This document shows, piece by piece, positions 57,714-64,000 of a stretch of DNA of 64,000 nt (positions within the stretch are counted from its first letter, which is position 1; every line of letters begins with the position of its first letter). The position numbers were made by a program, and so were the translations under genes. A model generated the notes under the pieces. That model worked only from the letters and a program-made list of their open reading frames with translations, searched no databases and was not told the origin of the DNA. Source of the stretch: Myxococcales bacterium (GTDB taxonomy: Bacteria > Myxococcota_A > UBA9042); assembly GCA_037441385.1 (NCBI GenBank), contig JBBISH010000003.1, positions 32,001 to 96,000 on the forward strand. Direction: 5' to 3'.

Positions 57714-58874
57714 ATGATTTTCTTGGACTACAACGCCACGGCTCCGCTCCTCCCGCAGGCCCGCGAGGCGATGCTCCGCACGCTGGAGCAAGACCTGGGC
57801 AACCCGTCGTCTTTGCACCGGGCTGGCCAGCGCGCCCGGGCACTGATCGAGGCGGCGCGGCGGCAGGTGGCCCACCACCTGGGCGCCCGCCCAGGCCAGA
57901 TCGTGCTGACCAGCGGCGCGACCGAGGCGAACAATCTAGCTTGGCGTGGCATTCTGACGCCGCAACTGCGCCTTGGGCTGCGGCCGCGGGCCCTGTTGGC
58001 GGCCTTGGACCATCCTTCGGTGGCGGCGTTGGCCGAGCAGCTCCAGGCAGACGGCGTGGAGCTTGGCTGGGTGGCGATCGATCGCGACGGACGCCTGGAC
58101 TTGGCGGCGCTGGCGCAAGCGCTGCAAGCGGCCCCGGCGTTGGTGCACGTGTCGGCGGTGGGTGGCGAGTTGGGCACCTTGGCGGATGTGCCGGCGATCT
58201 GCGCGTTGGTGCGCCAAACGACCGCCCACCTCCACGTAGACGCCGCCCAGGCTTGGGGCCGCGTGCCCGTCCACGTCGAGGCTTGGCCGGTCGATTCCTT
58301 GTCGCTGTCGGGGCACAAGATCGGTGGGCCGATGGGCACGGGTGCCCTGTATCTGCGCGCCGGGGTACGCCCTTTGCCGCTCGCACCTGGCCACCAAGAG
58401 CACGGTCTGCGCGCTGGCACAGAAAACGTGGTGGGCGCGGCCGGGTTTGCTGCCGCCGTTGCGGAACTGCCGGCGCGGCTGGCCCAGGCCCGCGAAGTGC
58501 GCCGCCAACGGGATCTGCTGGCCGAGCTATTGGCGCCGATCGGCGGATTGCTGCGGTTGGGCCCCGCAGACGCGGCCACCGAGGTGGGCACGACGCTCTG
58601 TGTGGCGATCGCGGGCGTGCCGGCGCCGCTCTTGGTGATGGCCTTGGACTTGGCAGGTGTCGCCGCTTCGGCGGGATCGGCCTGCAGTTCGGGCACGGCG
58701 GAACCGTCGGCTTTGCTGCGCGCCTGCGTGGAATTGGCCGGTCTGGAGCCAGCGCGCGCCCGCCAGGCGATCCGGTTTTCCGTGGGTCCAGGCCTGAGCG
58801 ACCAGCAACTGGTAGCTGCCGCCCAGGCCGTGGCCGCGTGCACGGCGCGCATTCGCGGCAGCCGCGTGGAATAG
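57714..58874 (+). CDS. iscS: Cysteine desulfurase (IscS/NifS group I)
   Basis: MIFLDYNAT, GNPSS, TSGATEANN, HVDAAQ, SGHK, GTEN, GSACSSG; next to mnmA. Confidence 0.9.
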   Translation: MIFLDYNATAPLLPQAREAMLRTLEQDLGNPSSLHRAGQRARALIEAARRQVAHHLGARPGQIVLTSGATEANNLAWRGILTPQLRLGLRPRALLAALDHPSVAALAEQLQADGVELGWVAIDRDGRLDLAALAQALQAAPALVHVSAVGGELGTLADVPAICALVRQTTAHLHVDAAQAWGRVPVHVEAWPVDSLSLSGHKIGGPMGTGALYLRAGVRPLPLAPGHQEHGLRAGTENVVGAAGFAAAVAELPARLAQAREVRRQRDLLAELLAPIGGLLRLGPADAATEVGTTLCVAIAGVPAPLLVMALDLAGVAASAGSACSSGTAEPSALLRACVELAGLEPARARQAIRFSVGPGLSDQQLVAAAQAVAACTARIRGSRVE

Positions 58875-59000
58875 GCTGGAGCTATCCGTGGTTCACAGCT
58901 TTGGACGGGGCCACCGGTCGCGGGTGCGGCCCCGCGGCATTGGACCTACACGGGCGCTACCCCGTATCATGCGGGCGGCGCAGTCGCTAGAGCAGCAGGC

Positions 59001-60197
59001 GTGGACAATTACCCAAGCGAAATCCGTGTTCCTGGCGCTGTGAGCGTGCCGCCGCCCAAGAGTGGCGCCATCGTCACGGCCGTGCGCGCCCACATGCGCT
59101 TGCCCCCCGGCGCCAGCGTCGCGGTCGCCATGAGCGGCGGCGTGGACTCCAGCACGGTCGCGGCCCTCCTCGTCGAGGCGGGCTATCAGGTTTTTGGTTT
59201 GACCGCGCGATTGTACGACCTAGACCCGGCGCAGATCGGTCGCGCGGGCAGTTGCTGCGCACCCGACGACGCCCGCGATGCCAAAGCCGTGGCCGGCGTG
59301 CTGGATATCCCGCACTACACCGTGGACGAGCGCGGGAGTTTCGCGCGCGACGTGATCGCGCCGTTCGAGCAAGCCTGGCAGCGCGGTGATACGCCCAACC
59401 CGTGTGTCGCCTGCAACCGCTCGCTCAAGTTCGATCGACTGGTGGCCACCGCCCGCGCGCTGGGCGCCATGGCCTTGGCGACGGGCCACTACGCGCGCCT
59501 GGAGCTGCAAGACGGGCTCCCCACCTTGCGGCGTGGCGTGGATCCCAACAAGGATCAGGCGTACTTCCTGTATCCGTTGGCGCGCGAGGCCGCTGAATTC
59601 GTTCGCTTCCCCCTGGGCGACATGAGCAAGGGTGAAGTGCGCGGCCACGCGCTGCGGCTGGGTGTCCCTACTGCCAGCAAAGCCGAGTCCATGGACATCT
59701 GCTTTGTGGGGGCCGAGCGCACCCAGGCTTGGCTAGACAAGCGGACGGCGCCGGTGCGGGGCACGATCGTCGATACCCACGGGCGCGTCCTGGCGGAACA
59801 TACCGGTCTTGCTGGCTTTACTGTGGGCCAGCGCCACGGCTTGGGCCTGGCCGCGCGCCCCGACGGCAGCCCCTGGTACGTGGTCGACAAGCGCGGCGAC
59901 GGCACAGTGGTGGTGGGCGAACGGGCGCAACTGCAGGTGGCACGGCTCGATCTGGGCGAGTGCATTTGGCTGGCTGGCTCGCCGCCCCAGCAGGGTCAAG
60001 AGATCCAGGTGCAAATTCGCCACCGCGGCCAGGCTGTGCCGGCGCAGGTGCTGTCCGCGGGGCCCGACAGCGCAACAGTCCAGGTTGTTGGTGAATTGCT
60101 GGCAGCAGCCCGCGGTCAGAGCGCCGTTCTGTTTGCCGGCGACCGCGTCTTGGGTGGCGGACTCATCACCCAAGCCGAAGGTCGGGAGCCGCTATGA
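59001..60197 (+). CDS. mnmA: tRNA 2-thiouridine(34) synthase
   Basis: AMSGGVDSS, SCC, TPNPCVACN, ATGHYAR, KDQ.YFL, ESMDICF, TVGQR.GL. Confidence 0.97.
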   Translation: MDNYPSEIRVPGAVSVPPPKSGAIVTAVRAHMRLPPGASVAVAMSGGVDSSTVAALLVEAGYQVFGLTARLYDLDPAQIGRAGSCCAPDDARDAKAVAGVLDIPHYTVDERGSFARDVIAPFEQAWQRGDTPNPCVACNRSLKFDRLVATARALGAMALATGHYARLELQDGLPTLRRGVDPNKDQAYFLYPLAREAAEFVRFPLGDMSKGEVRGHALRLGVPTASKAESMDICFVGAERTQAWLDKRTAPVRGTIVDTHGRVLAEHTGLAGFTVGQRHGLGLAARPDGSPWYVVDKRGDGTVVVGERAQLQVARLDLGECIWLAGSPPQQGQEIQVQIRHRGQAVPAQVLSAGPDSATVQVVGELLAAARGQSAVLFAGDRVLGGGLITQAEGREPL

Positions 60198-61138
60198 GCG
60201 ATTTCGTGCGCGGCGAGCGCCGCTCGTCTCGTCCCCTGATTCCCGTGCCCGACACCACGGCCGGCACATTGGAGCTGGTGCGGCGCCTGGGATACACGTT
60301 TGCCGACCCCAGCTTGCTCGAGGCTTCGTTGACCCATCCGTCGTGGCACAACGAGCATCCCGAGGCCGTGTCCGACAACCAGCGCCACGAGTTTTTAGGC
60401 GACGCCGTGGTTGGCCTGGTGATCACCGAGGCGTTGCTCGAGCGCATGCCCGATCGGCGCGAAGGCCAACTGACCGTGCTGAAATCGCAGTTGGTGCGCG
60501 AGTCGGCACTGGCCGAACTGGCGCAAGCCCTGGGCATCGGCGGCGCGCTGCGCTTGGGCCGCGGCGAAGACTACACCGGCGGGCGCCGGCGAACTTCCGT
60601 GTTGGCCGACGCGTTCGAGGCGGTGGTGGGCGCCGTGTTCGTCGATGGCGGCTATGCTGCAGCGCGCGAGGTGGTGCGGCGCCTGTTCGACGACCTGCTC
60701 GACGCCGCGGCTGCTGCGGTGGCCGAGCTGGGTGCGACGCCCACGGCGTTGTCGGCCGGCGTAGCCAATTGGAAGACGGCGGTGCAAGAACTGCTGCAGC
60801 AGCACGCGAACCTGCCGCCGACCTACGCGGTGGTCGACGAGCAAGGTCCTTTCCACGCGCGGACTTTTGTGGTGCAAGCGACCGCGCGGGCGGCCGGCGA
60901 AAAGGGTGAGGTCGAATTGGTGGGCGTGGGGCGCGGTCCCAGCAAGAAGCTGGCCGAACACGCCGCCGCGTCGGACCTGTACCAGCGCGTTCTGACCCAT
61001 GTGAACAACGCCGACCCCACCTTGGCCGCGCTGTTGCAGGCGCCCGTGACCCGCCCCTCGGGTCTGCGCGCTCGCCCGCTCGCGTTGGGCGACGTCAAGA
61101 AGGCGCCTGACGATGATTCCGATGGCGCGTCCCCATGA
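60194..61138 (+). CDS. rnc: Ribonuclease III
   Basis: [26 protein letters not shown]; dsRBD with K..LQE-like motif and G.SKK.AE..AA. Confidence 0.95.
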   Translation: MSDFVRGERRSSRPLIPVPDTTAGTLELVRRLGYTFADPSLLEASLTHPSWHNEHPEAVSDNQRHEFLGDAVVGLVITEALLERMPDRREGQLTVLKSQLVRESALAELAQALGIGGALRLGRGEDYTGGRRRTSVLADAFEAVVGAVFVDGGYAAAREVVRRLFDDLLDAAAAAVAELGATPTALSAGVANWKTAVQELLQQHANLPPTYAVVDEQGPFHARTFVVQATARAAGEKGEVELVGVGRGPSKKLAEHAAASDLYQRVLTHVNNADPTLAALLQAPVTRPSGLRARPLALGDVKKAPDDDSDGASP

Positions 61139-61274
61139 TATCGGCTACTCTTGGGGGATTGGCGCCGCGCGGCCGCGTACACAAACCGGGCCACGCAGGC
61201 GGGGAGCGAAGATGTTGAGCCTGAATTGGATTGCGATTGGTGTAGGCGCGGGCCGCCTTGAGGTGCGACAGGCC

Positions 61275-61496
61275 ATGTTGGGTACCTGGGAAATCATTGC
61301 TATTTTGGCGGTCGTCGTGCTCCTGTTCGGCGCGAACAAGCTGCCCCAGCTGGGCAAGGGCCTGGGCGAAGCCATCGGCAACTTCAAGAAGGCGCAGCGC
61401 GAAGGCGAAAAGGGCGTGCTGCACGACGAGATCGATGCGACGCCGCGGGTCGAGGCTGAGCGCAAGAAGAGCCTGGATCGCGACGAGCACGCCTAG
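61275..61496 (+). CDS. tatA: Twin-arginine translocase TatA/E subunit
   Basis: [39 protein letters not shown]. Confidence 0.95.
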   Translation: MLGTWEIIAILAVVVLLFGANKLPQLGKGLGEAIGNFKKAQREGEKGVLHDEIDATPRVEAERKKSLDRDEHA

Positions 61497-61553
61497 AGAC
61501 CTGACCAATTACGGTACACTCGTTCAGTTCTTGGATGTTCTGGTCAGGTCTCT
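61495..61553. repeat. Perfect 13-bp inverted repeat with 33-nt spacer (IS-end/MITE remnant or terminator-like hairpin)
   Basis: agagacctgacca (61495-61507) and tggtcaggtctct (61541-61553); overlaps the tatA stop codon. Confidence 0.75.
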
Positions 61554-61883
61554 CGCTGCTAGGTGGGTCGCAAGCTCGCCCCGTTGGGGACTCGCCGCTC
61601 CAATTGCAGCGGGTCCGGCGCGGCGAAGAACTCAAATTGATGCGCTCTCTAGAACACGGATCCATTTAGACTTTCTCCGCGCAGCCGAACCGTCGAATTC
61701 GGCGCGGTCAATCGCAGCCGGCGCGCACGCACAGGGCTTTGGCGTATCCGACCTGCGGATCGCGGACGCCGGCCGCCGCCCGCGCACAACCCCAACCACA
61801 GGCAGGTACGGCGCCGCAAAAACGCGCCGGGGCTGCTCAGGCAAGGACCTGGCAACCCCGGATCGTTGTGCGATGGGCAGCGA

Positions 61884-62156
61884 CTACTTCAGGTGCTCGA
61901 CGCCGACCTTCTTGACGGTGGCCTTCCAGACCTTGGCGGGCAGCCACTTTGGGCGATTGGCGGGAGCCGTGGTCTCGACGCGGCCGCCGTTGAACACGTG
62001 CACGCGCTTGGTGCCGCGCTCGCGCAGGCGAATCTCGGTGTAGCCGCGGGCCGCAGCCTTCAGGGCCGCGCCGCGCGGTTGGGCGTTCGAGAAGACCACG
62101 TTGGTGTCCTTGCCTTCCTGCATCAATACGAAATTCTTCTTCTCTTTCTCTGCCAT
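61884..62156 (-). CDS. Non-histone chromosomal protein MC1 family (archaeal-type DNA-bending protein), 90 aa
   Basis: GGGGGAG RBS; KNFVL...VF...QPRGAALKAA.RG...IRLRERGTKRVHVF...AP.NRPKWLP...VKK matches the Methanosarcina MC1 pattern (as recalled) end to end. Confidence 0.92.
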   Translation of the reverse strand: MAEKEKKNFVLMQEGKDTNVVFSNAQPRGAALKAAARGYTEIRLRERGTKRVHVFNGGRVETTAPANRPKWLPAKVWKATVKKVGVEHLK

Positions 62157-62914
62157 GATCCAGCTCCCCCCGGATTGCAGCAGCCGGGTGCCAACCGCAC
62201 GAGCGGTGCGGTCGTCGTCGGTGCGCCGCGAGCCTGGCCTCTCCAGCCTCGACGGACGAACCCCTATTGGCTCGAATCGGCGACCTGCGCCGCGGTCGTG
62301 CCCTGGCGGTGGCGTCTGCACCGGCCGCCGACCTGGCGCCCTCCGTGCAAAACCCGTGACCGTGTCGCTTCCCGCGGTTGCCCGCCGGCAGCTCCTCTGT
62401 CGCACCACTCACTTGTCGGCAGGTATGGGCCGGTTTTCGTCGTTATGCAAGCGGCAAGCGCGGCGGCAACGCCAGGTGACGATAATTCCGCTGAAGTTGG
62501 CCGCGCGGCAAATTATGCCGTTGACAGGCGAGTGCGATTGAGTATCTATATATTTCAACGCGTTATATGTAGAGCGTCTGCAGTTCAACGATTTGGCGGC
62601 GCGGCGCGAGCGGCGATTTCCCCATGATCACGGTACGCGAGGGCCGTGATCGTTTTTTGCTGGTCGCGCACAGAATCGCCGGGCGCGGCCCGCGGTATGG
62701 GCCCATTTTGCGTACACCAGCCGGGCGCCGCTCGCCAACGCGCTTGGGACTTCGCCTGATTATTCAGCAGTTGCAAACGGCTCGCGAACTGGTCAAGTCC
62801 GACAATCGTGCTACCGTAGCGGCACGGCAGCATGCAAGCCCTGGCGTGGCGAGCAAGGTGGTGTGGGTGGGCCAGCACAGGGCGAACGCAACCAGGGGAG
62901 CAGCCGCGTGGCCA

Positions 62915-64000
62915 ATGTGGGCTGCGGTGGGGATCCTGCTTTGGCACGCGGCCGCGACACCGGCTTGGGCGGTGGCTGCGCACGCGCGGGCCAAGAGTGG
63001 CAAGACAGCGGCCGCCAAGGCCGTGCCAACCAAGGCAGCCAAGCCGGCGAGTGCAAAGGGGAAGCCGGCCACTAGCAAGACGTCTGGCGGCGCGACTGCC
63101 AAGAACTCGGGCACAAAGCCGAAACCAGGCAAGGCCAAGGCGGCGGGGAGCGGCAAAAAGGTCAAGGCCGGCAAGACCAAGACGCCCAAAGTCCCGGCGC
63201 ACGCGGCGCGAGTGGTGCCCAGCCAAAAACGCAGCCAAGACGGTCGGTCGCACCACGACCACCGCGCCAAATGGGCGCAATTGCACGAACTGATTCAGCG
63301 CTTTCGCGTTGGGGCGTTGGCGGGACTAGACGGCAAGTTGCGCGGCCTGATCGACGGCGCCCAAGGCGATGTGGCACTGGCGGGTTCGCTGGTGCTGGCA
63401 CGCACGCAAGCGAGCCTTCGGACTGGTGATCTTGGTGTCCAGGCCTTGGAGGACGCCAAGCCGCTGCGCCAAGCCCTGCCGGCCAGTTGGGACTGGGCCC
63501 AGATCGAGGTGGACTACGCTGCCGGTCATTTCGGCCAAGCCCTGGAGCACATGCGCGAGTTCCGTAAACAATACGGTGATTTTCGCTGGGCGGCCGCCGA
63601 TCTTCTTTATAGCCGGCTTGCCGAGCGGGTCGCGCCCCCCCAAGAGGTCGCGGAGATTGCCCTGGCGCTCTACGAGAAATCGGCGCTGCACCTGCCCCGC
63701 GACGAGCTGCTGGCGCGCGCGGCCCGGGCCAGCGAGCAGATCGCCGGCCCCAAAGCCATGGGACTATGGCGAAAACTGCTTCTGCAACACCCAGAGAGCG
63801 AGTTCGTCGCCGAAGCCGCGAGCCACGTTGACGTGTCAACCTTGACCGACCCCGAGAACTACGACCGCATGGCGTTGCTGTTTGCGCGCCGCGCGTACGA
63901 GCGCTGCCGCGAGGTCGGAAAGCCCTTGTGGTTCAAGGGATATCGGCTAAGCGAGGTGGGCTACTACCTGGGCAAGATCGGCTCGGAGCGGCTGCGCGAC
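62915..64000 (+). CDS. Exported TPR/helical-repeat protein with Lys/Ala-rich N-terminus (possibly N-terminus of an Slt-type lytic transglycosylase); truncated by window edge
   Basis: Not in the ORF track. Frame is open from ATG 62915 (alternative GTG about 70 nt upstream) to the window end: MWAAVGILLWHAAATPAWA signal, K/A/P-rich tract, then helical repeats (LWRKLLLQHPES...LTDPENYDRMALLF). Confidence 0.7.
   Translation, partial: MWAAVGILLWHAAATPAWAVAAHARAKSGKTAAAKAVPTKAAKPASAKGKPATSKTSGGATAKNSGTKPKPGKAKAAGSGKKVKAGKTKTPKVPAHAARVVPSQKRSQDGRSHHDHRAKWAQLHELIQRFRVGALAGLDGKLRGLIDGAQGDVALAGSLVLARTQASLRTGDLGVQALEDAKPLRQALPASWDWAQIEVDYAAGHFGQALEHMREFRKQYGDFRWAAADLLYSRLAERVAPPQEVAEIALALYEKSALHLPRDELLARAARASEQIAGPKAMGLWRKLLLQHPESEFVAEAASHVDVSTLTDPENYDRMALLFARRAYERCREVGKPLWFKGYRLSEVGYYLGKIGSERLRD

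Noticed and set aside
60370..60410. RNase III signature variant NQRHEFLGD
   Set aside because: Catalytic E/D residues and the DxxE motif are intact; probably neutral variation.
62157..62408. 84-aa N-terminal extension of MC1 in the ORF track
   Set aside because: A strong RBS precedes ATG 62156 and homology begins there.
1..64000. rRNA, tRNA, CRISPR arrays, transposases, prophage
   Set aside because: None recognised by eye; tRNAscan/Infernal were not run.

Overview
High-GC, gene-dense bacterial chromosome segment, most consistent with Myxococcota. The supporting genes are a TIGR04551-like outer-membrane barrel, PEGA, GYF_2 and TPR lipoproteins, and a fimU-pilV-pilW-pilX-pilY1 cluster. Housekeeping genes: murC-like, murD, pheS, pheT, rho, lysA, a cysteine desulfurase, mnmA, rnc and tatA. 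Envelope/glycosylation genes: an AlgI-like MBOAT, DUF2723 and another GT-C-like enzyme, two GT4s and an SDR epimerase. The most striking item is an intact, host-codon-adapted homologue of the archaeal non-histone chromatin protein MC1 (61884-62156, minus strand). Other notable items: (i) a MurC paralogue with a rewired amino-acid pocket, coupled to murD outside the dcw cluster; (ii) a tandem-wHTH/HhH-like protein preceded by 11-bp and 19-bp repeat arrays; (iii) a gap-free ~127-bp palindromic direct repeat flanking a GYF_2 gene; (iv) several apparent pseudo-enzymes (NERD, PLP-aminotransferase fold, cupin); (v) MITE-like elements; (vi) a long C-rich rho leader. I saw no rRNA, tRNA, CRISPR array or transposase. 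All family calls come from motif recognition by eye, not from database searches.
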